Below are positions 12,260 to 26,169 of a stretch of DNA of 64,000 nucleotides, piece after piece. Origin of the DNA: Chiloscyllium plagiosum (taxonomy: Eukaryota); assembly GCF_004010195.1 (NCBI RefSeq), contig NC_057758.1, positions 3,773,428 to 3,837,427 of the forward strand, written 5' to 3'. The notes beneath the pieces are model-generated. The model ran no database searches. It saw only the letters and a program-made list of their open reading frames with translations, and was not told the DNA's origin. The position numbers and the translations under genes are program-made. Position 1 is the stretch's first letter; each line of letters begins with the position of its first letter.

Positions 12260-12575
12260 ATAGAGTCATAGAGTTGCAGAGCAGGGAAACAAACCTGTCG
12301 GTGCATGCCAACCACATATTCAAAATTAATCTGGTGATCCATTTGCCACAATTTGGCCCATCTCTCTCTCAACCCTTCCTATTCATATACCCATCCAGAT
12401 GCCTTTTAAATGTTGGAATTGTTCCAGCCTCGACCACTGTCTCTGGCAGCTCATTCTATACATATACCACGTTCTGCATGAAAATGTTACCAGTTCGGTC
12501 CCATTTAAACCTTTCCCCTCTCACCCTAAACCTATGCCCCTCCAGTTTTGAATTTCCTCTACCCTGGGGAAAAGA
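12260..12575 (-). mobile_element. CR1-type LINE 3' end
   Basis: atagagtcatagag tail (reverse of the ctatgact repeat) and 3' coding remnant. Confidence 0.75.
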
Positions 12576-12669
12576 CATTCAAAAATTGAGCAGCCAGACA
12601 AAATGCAAAAGGAATAAACTGTTGATCCCCAGGAAAACAAACAAGTCTGGCTCCAGCCTTTTTTTCTCT

Positions 12670-13005
12670 CCGATTGGCAGTTGGACCAGCATCTCCACTG
12701 GGCATACTGCGCATGCTTCTCGGTGTCAGGAAGCATTGCGCATGTACGCTGGTGTCAGCAAAATACTACGAATGCTCTTTGCTGTTTGCGGAAATGGCGC
12801 GAAACATTCTTCTGATCGACCAATGGGAAGCTCTGAAGGACCGGAAGGAGTGTGGTCCTCCTGCAATTGAGAGCCTCCCCCCTATTGTCTGAATGCGGAA
12901 GTTGGACAATGCGCTTTTGAAGGTGTTGCTGCTCCTCTCTCTATGAATGAAGATTTAACTTCATCCCAGACTGCAACTTGTTTCCTCTGTCCAACATCTG
13001 TGAGT
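12670..13005 (+). promoter_or_regulatory. Second promoter-like cluster and putative non-coding first exon
   Basis: TGCGCATG twice (NRF1-like), AAATGGCG (YY1-like), CCAAT and CCGGAAG (ETS); consensus donor ct|GTGAGT at 13000-13005. Confidence 0.5.
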
Positions 13006-13204
13006 ACAACACACTCTTCTCACCCCTTTTCCATTTTATTTTTTCACTCTGGTGTTCAGTTCTTGACTTGCAGCAAAGTTGGTTCAGGTATGTGTCTCAA
13101 TTGGCAAACACATGGTAAACGTAGTAACGCAGTGTGAAGTTATAGCCTTTCCTATGAAATAAAAACAGAAAGGAGGTAAATTGTTTAAATGGTGATATAT
13201 TGGG

Positions 13205-13340
13205 ATGTGGAGTAAGTGAGGACTGCAGATACCGGAAATCAGAGTCGAAAATTGTGGCGCTGGAAAAGCACAGCTGGTCAGACAGCATCCGAGGTGCAGA
13301 ACAGTCAACGTTTTGGGCAAAAGCCCTTCATCAGGAATGA
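13205..13340 (-). mobile_element. Penelope-like terminal fragment
   Basis: Reverse of ttcctgatgaagggcttttgcccaaaacgttgac...atctgcagtcctcactt. Confidence 0.75.
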
Positions 13341-13944
13341 TGTGTGGATGTACAAACGTGCCTCAGATACCTTCTGCTCAGGCTTTCTACTCCAGTCAAT
13401 GCCAGTTGTCACATTGGTGCAGCAAGCAATCAGCAAGGCAAGTGGTATATTAGCAAGAGGAATTTAGTTCAAAGTGGGGATGCCTTCCTGTAGTTTGGGA
13501 CATATTGAAAATATTCAAAGCTGAGTTCATCTGACTTTTGAATGTCAAAAATAGTTATGGGGAAGGCAAGAATTTTTTAAAAAAATTTTATTAGAAACTT
13601 TTTCAAATCTCTCACAAGACCTCTATATACAAAAAAGAACAATACCAAAATACAGAAAAATAGCAGTACAACAATGTCATATTATGATACTATTAATAAT
13701 GAGCTACCTATTATTCTACTAGAACAAACTTAGCTTAAACTAAACTACAATCAAATTGAATAAAAATAAAATTAAACATAATTTAAGTTAATTTGAATTC
13801 TATCACATTACTTTATTCTATTTCACTCACCACATCTCCATTAAGGCTCCCATCCATGGGAGCACCAGTTATTAAACCCGTATTCTTTTCACCCAGCCTT
13901 GCCCTCCCAGGGTCCCATGAGCGCCCAGACTGATTCCCACAGTT

Positions 13945-16900
13945 ATACCACAGCTCTAATTAATACTGCTGATCAGTCTGCATCAATATAATTTAGAACG
14001 GGCTGCCACGTCTTGTAAAACTACTGTTTTGTGGTGCACCATATTTGTGAGGTCATCTTGGGGGGGATGCTCCATCACCAGCATATGCCACCCCATAAGC
14101 CCTGGGGTTTTTTCCAACGTCCAATTAATTAAAATGTTCTTCCTTGCACAGTGCATAAGAATGTTACACAGTCTGTTCCTGTGTTCTCCAAGAGAAGGCA
14201 AATTTGGCAACCCCAGAAGAAGAAATACCGGATTCACATTAACTTCAATCCCCCAGGATGTTCTTCAGCTCCCTGACTATAGCACTCCAGTATCTCTGGA
14301 TCTTACAACATGACCAATAGCAGTGTGTGAGTGCCTATACTAATTTTACATTTGGGAAACCCTGGTGATGTGCCTATCTTGAACTTAGCTAGCCTCTCGA
14401 GCGCCACATAAGCCCTGTGTAAAATCTTCAATTGCATGCCCTGTGCTTTGTTACATTTTCCTTACATTTTCCCATATATCTTGCCATACTTCTAATGAAA
14501 TATCCTATCCTAGCTCCCTATTCCACATCCTAGAGAGTCCCTCCACATGCCCTAAGGTACGTCCCTTCTGTAAATGATACAACGTACTAACTGAACGAGC
14601 ACCTGTACACAGAGTACTCTTTACTCCACATTTGACCTGTAATGCTGAGCCAGAAACGTGGTATTCCTCTGTATATAATCCCTTAGCTGAAAGTACCGGA
14701 AAAGGTCCCTCTTAGACAATGCATATTTCTGACTTAGCTGGCTAAATGACATCAAGACCAAACCCTCGAATAAATCTCTCAGACAGAAGATTCCCTTATT
14801 CTCCCATGACTTAAAGCCGGAGTCCATTGCCCCAGGTTTAAATTCTTGGGCTGCCACCAGTGGGGTAATCAGTGAGGTCATCAGCCAATTGCCCTTGTCT
14901 TGCCTCATTATCCTCCAGGCTTTCACTGTATTTAAAATGATTGTACTCTTACACTGCTCAGTCTCGGATTTCATCTTATCAATGAATAATAGATTAACCA
15001 GGGGACATCTCGACAGCAATGCTTCAACGTCAAGCAAAATCGACCCCGAGTCCCCTCGTGCCCAGTCACACGCGTGCTAAGAAAGCGCTTATTTGATATC
15101 TCTTCAAGTCCAAAAGGTCCACTCCTCCTCACCCTGTGAGAGCTGCAATTTGGTAAACTTAATTAGGGGGCGGCTGCGACACCAAATAAAAGAACCGAGC
15201 CAACCATTGAGCCTCAGTAATACTCATCTGGGTAGCAACAACAGGAGCATTCTCATGGGGTACAACAGGCGAGGAAGAACATTCATTTTAATCAGAGCTA
15301 TTCGGCCTAACTATGATAACGGGAATCTGTCCCACCGCTGCAAATCCTGCTTTATCCTCTCCAGTGATTGTACATAGTTAGCTTTATAAGCTGGTGGAAG
15401 GCAGGGGTGATAAAAATTCCCAAATACAAAAACTCTTTTGACGACCATCTAAACAGGAACTGCATTCCATCCTTCAGATCAGGCACCTCCACTAATTCTT
15501 CCCCTCCCCCATCGGCATGGCTTCTGATTTTGTAAAGTTGATCTTGCAGCCCGAGAAACTGCCAAATAAATTAATTGTTTGAGTCAATCGAGGAACGGAC
15601 TCCTCCAGATTGGCCAAGAACAAAAGGACGTCATCAGTATATAGGGTAATCTTGTGTTCCCCCATTCCCACTCCTGGCGCCACTATTTCAGGAATCCTCC
15701 TGGTAGCTTCAGCTAATGGCTCAATTGGCAAGGTAAATAGCAGTAGTGAAAGAGGACACCCCTGTTGACTACCTCTTCCAGTATTAAAGTTATCTGACTT
15801 AGTGCCATTTGTGATGACTGCTGCTTTAGGATCATTATACAACACCACCACCCACCTAGCAAAGGTTGTACCCAGACCAAAGCGCTTGAGGACCCCAAGC
15901 AGGTACAGCCATTCTATCTGGTCAAATGCCTTTTCTGCATCTAGGGAGGTCACCGAACCCAGGATCAACCTTTGCTGGCATACCTGCACCATGTTCAGTA
16001 CCTTCCTGATATTGTTGGAGGAGCTACGGCTCTTCACAAAACCCATCTGATCTTCTTTCACAATACAGAACAACACCTTTTCCAACCTCAGGGCCAGCGT
16101 CTTGGGTAGAATTTTAAAATCTACATTCAACAGTGAAATGGGTCTGTATGAAGCACATTCTTCGGGCTCTTTCCCCTTCTTTAAAATGAGGGAGATATTA
16201 GCCTTCCTAAGAGAGGGCGGAAGATAATCCTGTGTATATGAATAGCTATACATCCCCACCAACATATTTATGAATTCCTTATAGAATTCACTTGGGAATC
16301 CATCTGACCCCAGTGCTTTGCCACCTTGGAGATGTTTTATTGCATCCTGCACCTCCTGTATCGTCATAGGCCCATTCAACAGGAAACCTGTTCCGCGTTT
16401 ATACTAGGGAGATGCAGGATCTCAAAAAAGGCCTGCATTCTCGCTGCACTGTGTTCATCTCCCTCCGACCGATATAACCCTGCAAAGTATTCCCTAAATC
16501 TTCTTTAACTCACGGGTAACTGTACCAGCCTTCACTCTAACAGACATAATAGATTGGGAAGCATTTTTCTTTCTGGCCAGATATCTACCTGGCTTATCTA
16601 CAAAATCAAACAATCTTTGTTGAGCAAAGCAGACCTTTTTTTCCCCAGTGTGTGCAATGAGTTGGGAGCAGCCCGGAGAGCTGCAGCTTGACCAGTGAAG
16701 GCCTATTGTAATATATTTCCTCAGCTATCTGCAGATGGGTCTCCAACATCTGTTGTTGCTCCTTCCTCTGCGTCCTTCTAGTCGTTGAATTAAAAAATAA
16801 TCAGGCCTCATAAAGATGCCTGAATGGCCTCCTACAGTATTTCCGGATTACTGGCTGTGCCCGAGTTGATATCCCAGAAGGCTCTGAACTCTTGTGATGT

Positions 16901-17678
16901 ACTCAACCGATTTGCTATCCCTTAACAGGAATGGGTCCATGCACCAGTGCTGTGCATCCATTCCACCACTCTTGATTTTACCATCTAATTACACTGGCAC
17001 ATGGTCCGAGACAGCTATATTGCCAATTTCACAAGCCAATGTTCTGTCCAAGCAATCCAATAGCATTAAAAATTGTCAGTTCCCACGTGGTACTTGTGTG
17101 GGTTGGAAGAGAAAGTAAAGTCTCTTCCATTAGGGTGGAGATGCCTCCACACATCCACTAATCCCAACTCCTCACACATGTCCACCAACTGCTTAGGTTG
17201 CGCGGGTGTACCTGCCTGGCCCCTTGGCACCCTGTCTACCTCGGGATCTATTAGGCGATTAAAATCCTCTCATCCTCTCAGTGACCATGCGGCGTACCCC
17301 AAGACTCATTAATTTAGCAACTGCATCAATTAGGAATTTAAGAGGGTGCACCGGGGGGACAATACACATTCAGGACGCCATACTCTTCTCCATGTATTAG
17401 AGATTTAAGAATGACGGACAGTCCATGTTTGTCCTTAATTTGCTCAATTACCTGGAAAGGGAGGTTCCTTCTTACCAGTATAGCCACTCCTCTACACTTG
17501 GAGCGAAAGGAGAAGAATACCCTATCATAACCTCCTTGCTGCAGATTCAGATGTTCCTTATCAGTTAAATGTGTCCACCCTTTCCTTCCTGAGGCTTGAC
17601 AGCACCGTCTTTCTTTTTAATGGGGGAATGGCTCCCTTTTACATTCCAGGGGCACCACCTGAATGAATCAGTAGCCAT
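13945..17678 (-). pseudogene. L1-clade ORF2 (APE endonuclease + RT), disrupted
   Basis: MATDSFRWCPWNVKGSHSPIKK start; GKALGSDGFPSEFYK, SYRPISLLNVDFKIL, SLDAEKAFD, GRGSQQGCPLSLLLF, HKITLYTDD; multiple stops and frameshifts. Confidence 0.9.
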
Positions 17679-18206
17679 GGCCATCCAGGGCAGCCCGTGG
17701 TTTCCCAAGAGGAGGAAGCTTATCTGAGGTGTGGTGAGCAACAAAGACATTAACTCTATAAAGTCTAAAAACTGCTCCTATTCAAAACTACTATAAATAA
17801 AAATCTAACCACCACATATAACTTAAGCAAATGCGCAAATAACCCCCAATTATGTAGAGATCTCCCCCCTCAACCCCCCAACCCCACCATTGCCACCATC
17901 CTGCCTCCTTCCCACTGAGGCTGTGTCCCAAACTCCAGGCAATTCACAGATTGAAAAAAACATGTTATTTACATTCTGAGAGTTAACAATGGTTGCCCAT
18001 CTTCCCACACCCCTTCTCCATACATCTTAAGCACAGGTATAGCCACCCCCAATCCAAACACTAAAGGACAGCTGACTGTACCTAACTGACTGATATACTA
18101 TATAATTCCAGTTTTACGTCAAGGCAGTACGTATAAAGCCGATAACCACAAGAAAAGGAGCAAAAAAGTAATGATGTCCCTCCCGCCTTCACCCGACTCG
18201 ATTTCT

Positions 18207-19016
18207 TTAATTCAGAGAATTCGCAAAGTCCTTCGCCTTTTCTGCTGAATCAAAATTATATACCGTCCCTCCATGAGTGAAACGCAATACGGTCAGGGAC
18301 CTCAAAGAATATTTTATGTTCAGATCCCTTAATTTTCTCTGAACTTCATCAAATGCCCTTTTCTTAATCCAGGCTCCCGAGAAGTCCTGAAAATATATTA
18401 TTCTTGAGCCTTTGTGCATTAAAGCCTGTGGATCTCTTCCCAGTCTTCTTGCTGTAACAATCACTGTTTTTCTCTATAATGCAGGAGGTGCACTAGGACC
18501 ACGCGGGGCTGCGGGTCCGATCCGGACCTGCGCATTTCGATCCGGTGGGCCCGCTCCACACTCAACAGGCCTGACTCCAACTCCAGCCCCAGGAATCCAA
18601 CGAGGTCTTCGCCTTCCTCGTATTCCGGAAGACCCACGAGCTGTAAGATATTTCTTCGACTTTAGTTTTCCAGGTCGTCCACTTGCTCCTGAAGGACCCG
18701 AACCTGGTCTTCCAGCGTTTGGATCCTTCCTCCTGAGACCTCCGCCACGGTCTCCGATGCCACGGTCCTCTCCTCCGCTGCCTATTCTCTTCGGGCCAAC
18801 ATTTAAATTTCCTGCTCCATGCTTTTCCAGTGTGGCAGACAGTGTTTCCACCGCTGCTTCAATCTTTTCTCAGAGTTTGGCAAACTCCGAGAGTAACAAC
18901 TGCTGCCCCATTAAACCCAAAGGGTCTGCCCTGGGAGTTTGAGCAATGGCTCCAGGCGCCCCCAATGCAGTAGGGGAGTGCCCTGCCTGCTGCACCCGTC
19001 GGCCCCTATCCTTCAT
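18207..19016 (-). pseudogene. L1-clade ORF1 (Transposase_22/L1TD1-like), disrupted
   Basis: C-terminus IIYFQDFSGAWIKKRAFDEVQRKLRDLNIKYSLRSLTVLRFTHGGTVYNFDSAEKAKDF typical of L1 ORF1 CTD. Confidence 0.8.
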
Positions 19017-19167
19017 TTGCTTTTATTCTGGTCCTAAAGCTGTCAAACCACAATTATAGCAGCTCCAGACGTTCAGTAAGTTTATATTAGCAATTGTTTT
19101 CTCCGACGGGTGGTTAATGAGGTGGGGGGAGGGAGTAAAAGTCCACCTTGCCGGGGGTATGGCACAG

Positions 19168-19667
19168 NNNNNNNNNNNNNNNNNNNNNNNNNNNNNNNNN
19201 NNNNNNNNNNNNNNNNNNNNNNNNNNNNNNNNNNNNNNNNNNNNNNNNNNNNNNNNNNNNNNNNNNNNNNNNNNNNNNNNNNNNNNNNNNNNNNNNNNNN
19301 NNNNNNNNNNNNNNNNNNNNNNNNNNNNNNNNNNNNNNNNNNNNNNNNNNNNNNNNNNNNNNNNNNNNNNNNNNNNNNNNNNNNNNNNNNNNNNNNNNNN
19401 NNNNNNNNNNNNNNNNNNNNNNNNNNNNNNNNNNNNNNNNNNNNNNNNNNNNNNNNNNNNNNNNNNNNNNNNNNNNNNNNNNNNNNNNNNNNNNNNNNNN
19501 NNNNNNNNNNNNNNNNNNNNNNNNNNNNNNNNNNNNNNNNNNNNNNNNNNNNNNNNNNNNNNNNNNNNNNNNNNNNNNNNNNNNNNNNNNNNNNNNNNNN
19601 NNNNNNNNNNNNNNNNNNNNNNNNNNNNNNNNNNNNNNNNNNNNNNNNNNNNNNNNNNNNNNNNNNN
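19168..19667. other. Assembly gap
   Basis: Run of N. Confidence 1.
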
Positions 19668-20219
19668 AAGGCAAATTAAACCTGTTCACCACTCTCTAAT
19701 CAGTAAGATCCAGTGTGATCACTATATTGTGATCAGACAAGTTATTCAGTCATATGTGGTCACTCAACAGTGTTCAGTTGCTAGATTGTTGGTATAAATA
19801 CAACGCTTTATCAGTTGAAAGTCTGATGTTTGAATATTGAGAAGTGCTGAACATGTGTACCGACTACAGTAAAATAACATCTCAAGTGATAAATTGTGTA
19901 CAGTTTCAGGTAATTAGTATATGGACACTCGACAGTATGCATGCATTATATGTATTGATGACATGATTCAATGTCTACAGTGTGGGAGACTGATCACTTA
20001 GCTGTGTGTATGGAAAACACAAGGGCAGAATGTGACACTGGATTTTTTACAGTCTTTACCATCGGAGAATGAAGCTTTTGTTGAGTTCTGGCAGACGGAA
20101 AGGAGATTTGTAACCGGTGAGGGACTCAACCAACGATAATAGGCAGTCTGCCGAGGGCTCTAATGGTAACATGGAAGTATCCAGAATGTTTCTCCAGGAT
20201 AGCTGAGTTCATACATTTG

Positions 20220-21380
20220 CAGAGTCATAGATCACGGCGGTAGACAGTTTGGCCTAAACTGCTCCACGCCAATCAAATGTCAATCAACGTTGACTCCATT
20301 TCCTGGCACTTATCCAATATCCTGCGAAACCTTTCCGAACCATGTATTGGTTGAAATGTATTTTAAATATTGTTAATGTACCCGCCCAGCCACTTCTGCT
20401 GTCAGCTCATTTCATTCATTCCATTCCTTATGCTAACCGCCCTCTCTTTAAAAGGTTATCTCTCAGGTTTCCTTTTATTTGTTCCCCGCTAAACTTAAAT
20501 TCATGCCATCTCAACTTTCGTTGGCAAACCGTGTGTAAAACGCTAGGTGCATTCACCCTCTATATGTTTCTCAAGACTTCTGCACTTCTATTAAACACCC
20601 CTTAAGGCTCCACAATTTGCCATGAAAATCCTACCTTGATTTGACACTCCATAAATGCAAGACCTCACGTATATCTTTACGACGGTGCATGTGTCATTTC
20701 TCAGCCCGTTTCCCCAGCTTTTCAAGGTCCTGCTGCAATTTCTGTTCAACGTTCTCGTATATCTTGTTACCGTCTGTTCTAGTAGCAACTGCAAACTTAC
20801 ACACACGCCTTTTGCAATCTTATCCAAATTGATAGACATAAAAATATCAATGGCCTCAGAATCGACCCGTGACGCACTCCACGAATCACAGGCCTCCAGT
20901 CCGATACGCATCCATCCCTATTAGGCACTGCTTTCAATCACAAAGCCAATTGTGTATCCAATTTGCCAACACCCCGGATTCCATCCGAACTTACCTTCCA
21001 GACCAGCCTACCATGTGGACCAAAGGCTTTCCGAAATTCAAATAGGATATGTCTACCGCCCCGCTCTCAATAACCTTCCTGCTCCTTTCATCAATGAGCT
21101 GCAACAAATTTGTGAGTCATGATATCACAAGCAAAAAAAGAGCAATGCTGAAGCTTTATAATCAAACCCTGTATTTCCAAATGCTTGTATATCTTATCTC
21201 AGAATTTTATCAACTAACTTATCTACCACAGATGGTCGACTTAGTGGCCTTTCTTTCCATGGACGTTGTTTGCAGGCCTTCTTGAATAAGGGCAAAAACG
21301 TTGCTATTCTCCTGTCTTCCGTGACCCCACCCATGGTTAATAATGATGCAAAAATGTCAGCTCGGGCTCTGACAACCTCT
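20220..21380 (-). mobile_element. Highly degenerate CR1-type LINE
   Basis: agagtcatagat tail; reverse-strand RT remnants (AVDISYLNFGKPL..., WIHNWL). Confidence 0.75.
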
Positions 21381-21399
21381 CTATCATCTTACAGACCAC

Positions 21400-23535
21400 A
21401 ATTGTGTTGCGTTTCCTTTAGTGATGGTAAGAGATAGGTATATACCGCAAGGCATGAGATATAGCTTGGCGAAAGACAATTATGATGCGACGAAGCAAGG
21501 TTCAGCGAAAGAAACTGCAGGGTATGGGCACAATTCAAATGTGGAGCTTGTTCCAGGAACAGCTACGGCGTGTCCTTAATAAGTAAGTGAGGATTGGGTG
21601 GAGCGAGGGAGACATAGTTTCCGAAAGAAGTTGGATCTTTTTCCAAGAGGAAGAAGGAGGCATAATTAAAGACGACACGTGAAGGCTTTGTCAGGGCGCT
21701 TGAGAATTTCAAGTTAACCAGGATCGACATAAAGAAGAACCATAAGGGGACAAGAGAATCTTTGGCAGGTCAAAAAAAAGAACAACGCTTTTGAGAGCTA
21801 TGCAGAAATAAAAGAATGGCAAGGTTTACATTATAGGCAGTCAAGGGTGGTCCTTGGAAGTTCTGTTTGGGGTTTGAGGAGATGGGAGAGGCGCTAAATG
21901 TATATTTTTCGTTAGTCAGCACACAGGAAACGAATAGGTTTGGCAAGGAGAATACTGAGATGCAGGATATTAGACTAGACGGGCCTGAGGTTCAAAAGGA
22001 GGAGGTGTAAGCAATTGTATAAGGTGTGAAAATAAATACGTCCCTTGGACCGAATGGAATTTATTCAAGAATTCTCTGTAAAGGTAGAGAGGGGATTGCA
22101 GAAAATGTGACTTTGGCCTTTCTCTCGTCATTTTTTACAGGAATAGTGCCAGGAGACTGGAGGATAGTACATTTTGTCCCGTTGATCAAGAAGGGAAGTA
22201 GAAATAACCATGGAAATTACCTCACTTCGGTTATGGGAAAAGTGTTAGAAAGGGTTATAAGAGATAGTACTTCGAATCATCTGGAAATAAACATTTTGAT
22301 TAGGGAGAGTCAGCACGGTATTGTAAAGTGTTCGTCGTGCCTCACAAACGTAATTGAGTTATTTCAGAAGGTGACCAAACAGGTGGATGAGGGTAAAGCA
22401 GTTAATGCAGTGTATATAATTTCAGTAAAGCGTTTGATAAGGTTCTCTGCGATAGGCTATTGCACAAAATACGGAGACAAGGTATTGAGGATGATTTATC
22501 GGTTTGGTTAAATACTGCTTAGCTGAACTAAGACAGAGCTGCGTTAGTTGATTTGAAATGTTCAGTTACTACCTCAATGATCTGTTACGGGGCAAGTGCC
22601 GTTTATCATTTTTATAAATGAGCTGGATGAAAGCGTAGAAGAATGGTTAGTGAAGTCGTGAATTCCACTTATGTCAGTGGAGTAGTGGTCAGTGCCAAAG
22701 GATGTTGAAGGTTCCAGACAGACGCAGGTAAGCCGCAGAACTATGCTGAGAGATGGCAAATGGAGTTCAACACAGAAAAGTGTGCGGCGATTTCCTTTGG
22801 ATGGAGTAGCATGAATAAGTAGTACTGGACTAATGGTGTGATGCTTCGTAGTGTGGATGATCAGAGAGATTTAGGTGTCCCTGTCTATATATCTATATAC
22901 GCCACACAGGTTGATAGGAACACTAAGAATTCGTACGGTGTGTCAGCTTTTATTGATAGTGGGACTGAGCTTCTGAGCCAAAAGGTCATTTTGCAGCTGT
23001 TCAAAACACTGGTACGGACGCACAAGCAGTATTGCATACAGTTCTAGTCGCTGCATTATAGGATGGATGTGGAAACATTGGAAAGGGGACAGAAGACAAT
23101 TACGAGGATGGTTCCTGATATGGAGGGAAGGTCTTACGGGGAAAGTCTGACGGCCTTGAGGCTGTTTTCGTTAGAGAGAAGAAGATTCACAGGTGATGTA
23201 TTTGAGACAAAGAACATGAGTAGAAGACTGGATATTTTTGGCAATGAGAGTATTTCCTCGGATGGTGATGGCGAGCACGAGGGGACAGAGCTTGAAATTT
23301 GAGAGGTGTTGATATAGGACAGATGTCAAAAGTATTTTTTAGACACAATTTAGAAAGGGCGTGGAACGCCCTGCGTGCAGCAGTCACCAATTCACCAAAC
23401 GTAAGGACATTTAATAATTGGATAAACAATGGATGACAACGCAATAGTCACAGTTGCATGGACGTCAGATTGGTTTCCCAGATCGGTGCAAGATCGAGTG
23501 CTGAAGAACTGTACTGCGCTGTGGCATTCTGTACT
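21400..23535 (+). mobile_element. Degenerate CR1-type LINE ORF2 and 3' end
   Basis: SLGPNGIYSRIL, VPGDWRIVHFVPLIKKGSR, ESQHGIVKCSSCLTNVIELF, QRDLGV, LFSLERRR motifs. Confidence 0.88.
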
Positions 23536-23539
23536 CTTG

Positions 23540-24285
23540 AATATACCTGCTCAAGACCAGAGGATTTTTTCAACTTTATATATTCTAATGCATCAAAGAT
23601 CTCCTCTAATGTGATATGGATTTTGCCAATAATAACACCAAACGCTTCCCTAAGTTCTCACGTTTTAATACCTTTCTCCACTGCACACAGAAAGGGGAAA
23701 TATTCATGGAAGTCCTCGTTAATTTTCCCGCAGATCTGAAATTCATGATCGTTTTGTTTTTGAGGGGCTATATTTTCTCTCTCGCTGTTGATTTTTTTCC
23801 TTTGGTATACTTAAACCACCCCTTTGAATTCACCCTAAAATTCTCAGCCATGTCAATCTCGTGCCGCCGTTTCGTCCAACTGATGTTCTTCTTCACTGAA
23901 CTTCTGTATTCTCTGTATTGCTTCAGAGATTCCATTGATCCCAGGTGCCTGTGTCTGATATATACATCCGTCTTTTTTTCAGTTCAAAGCCAAGATATTA
24001 ATTGTCATCCTGGGTTCCATATTCTTGCCCATCTTTGCCCTTCACCCGCAGAGGAACAGGTAGGCCTTGAACTCGAACTATCTCAGTTTGGAAGTCTTCC
24101 AACTTGCTGGACGTCCTTTTGCTTGCAACAAAACATTCTAATCAACTCCTGCAAGATCGCTTTTAATTCCATCAAAGTTTACCTTGCCTCAATTTAGAAC
24201 TAGAACTGTAGACCAGTTTTGTCCCTCTCTCTAGTTACTATAAAATTAATAGTCAGTCGCGCCAATGTGCTCGGCCACTATCATC
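23540..24285 (-). mobile_element. Degenerate CR1-type fragment
   Basis: Reverse-strand endonuclease-tail/linker remnants similar to other CR1 copies here. Confidence 0.6.
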
Positions 24286-25699
24286 TCCATCATCTCACAC
24301 ATCTCCTCATGAAACCGCGGAAGCACAAAACCAACGTTAAAATGGCAGCAATGTTTTCTTTGTAATTAATAATGGCTGCTCATTGTTGAGACCATCGTTT
24401 CATTGATGAGACAATCGGGAAAGCAGCTACAGTCTCTCTTTATATCCACTAGAAGTCTGCAGAGAGTGATGTGCTTTGATCTTTGAGGCTGAGTGATTTG
24501 TCCCTTGTCTTTTCCTGCTCGATCTGCTGTGACATTCCTTTCTGATCACATATCGACTTCCAGGGCTACATAGCATGTCTGATTAAGCTTCCAGCTGTAG
24601 TTCTCTTGGCATGTTCCAGACAACCAAACTTGGAAGCATTTTCCACAAATCCAAAAAATCCGCCTTTTGTCTCAGGACCAATTGGTACATCACTACCAGT
24701 GACTGAATCTCACTCAACCTCAAACACTTCCGAGAAGAGACCTCGAGACTTTCCTCAAGTTCTCTGGCACCAATAATAAACTCCCGACCAGATCAGCCAA
24801 TACTTCACTGCTGACTTTGGGAGCTGACTGTGAAAATTGCATGTCTTCTCTCCCCGATTAAAATATTGCATTAATCATTAGTTATTACACGTCTATCCAA
24901 CATTCTTAGACACCTTAAGATTCACTCCCTCTCAGCCCTCCTCAGTATTTCACAAAATCACTCTACGTTTGTTTCTGTATTTGATTCCAATGCTCCTCCT
25001 TGTCTTATTTCTGTCTATTGGCATTTGCGAACATTCTTTCACCTTTCCACAATCATGTCATTGCAATTGTGTCAGGTTTGAGGCTGGGTCACTGTTTGTC
25101 GATTTTACATTCCGAATGATGTCAACAATGAAGATTTGATTTGGTCATCTGCCGAGGTAGAGATCATAAGGAATAGGCACCACCATTTTTATCGTACACT
25201 GTCCAGAATGCAGAGTTAGAGTAGCGTCTCTGCTGGTGTGAGCATCTGGGTGTGTTTGTCAGTGGTGTATGTGCGAATGTGCATGTGTCACTGTCATTGG
25301 TGACTTCACGTGTGGATATGTCAGTGTATGTTGACGGTCCTGCGTTTGAATCGACACTTGTGCTTGTTACTGTTTGACTCATAAGTGAAAGCTTCACATA
25401 TGCATCATGGACTTTTCCGTGTTGTGGACTTTGCAGTTATGAATCACAAGATAGTCTGCTTTGTCACATGAGGACGTTTCATCTTCCAAGTAGGTTGTAC
25501 TGCAGCAGAATATCAGCAGAGGATGAAAACTGTCCAGTTCATAAATGTTAGATTCTTGGTAATGGTGCAGAGCCGATACAATGTGGCGTTGTGTGACGCA
25601 TACAAGTTCAGACAGCACCCAATACACACGAGGGTTGACGTTTCTTGCAGAAAACTTCAACAGTACCGTGGAGTCGGGGGGGGGGGGTCACTTAGAAAT

Positions 25700-26050
25700 G
25701 TACAATAGGTTTGTTGCTTCGGGGAAAGTAGGTGGGATGACGATAGGTGGACAAAGGTGGAGCTGATTGTGTTAGGTCCGTAGGAAGGGTGGACCGGTTA
25801 GGTGGGATGAAGAATGGATGGGTAGGGAAGGCCAGTAAGATAACTTCGAGTCAGAGATTTGAAGTTAGGATGAGGCAGTGGGAGAAGGATTTGGAAACTT
25901 GTGAACTCAATATTGAGGTCATGTGCTTATAGATCCCCGAAGCAGAAGAATGACATGTACCTCCTCTAGTTTGTGGGTCGCCTTCTTTAGGCGGTGATGA
26001 GGCCCAAACTCGGCACATCATCGAGGGTGGTAAAATGGTTGCCCACCATT
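25700..26050 (-). mobile_element. Degenerate Penelope-like GIY-YIG fragment
   Basis: Resembles 30830-31210 (purine-rich spacer, KLEE-H-F...LNIEF remnant). Confidence 0.55.
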
Positions 26051-26169
26051 AGCGTCTGTAGCCTGGGCCCGTCGAGATTGTGCTCATCTCCATGAACCCT
26101 AACTCACTGTTTTGAAACGTCAGTAAAGTTGACCAGCGCATTTCTAACATTCCATAACATGTGTCTAAT

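Larger units (their letters stand above)
13572..19167 (-). mobile_element. Near full-length degenerate L1-clade LINE (ORF1 + ORF2, A-rich tail)
   Basis: T-rich tail at ~13572-13590; ORF2 with APE start, RT and C-terminal remnants; ORF1 upstream; 5' end runs into gap. Confidence 0.92.

Noticed and set aside
18412..18942. Pro/Gly-rich 176-aa plus-strand ORF
   Set aside because: Antisense shadow of GC-rich L1 ORF1
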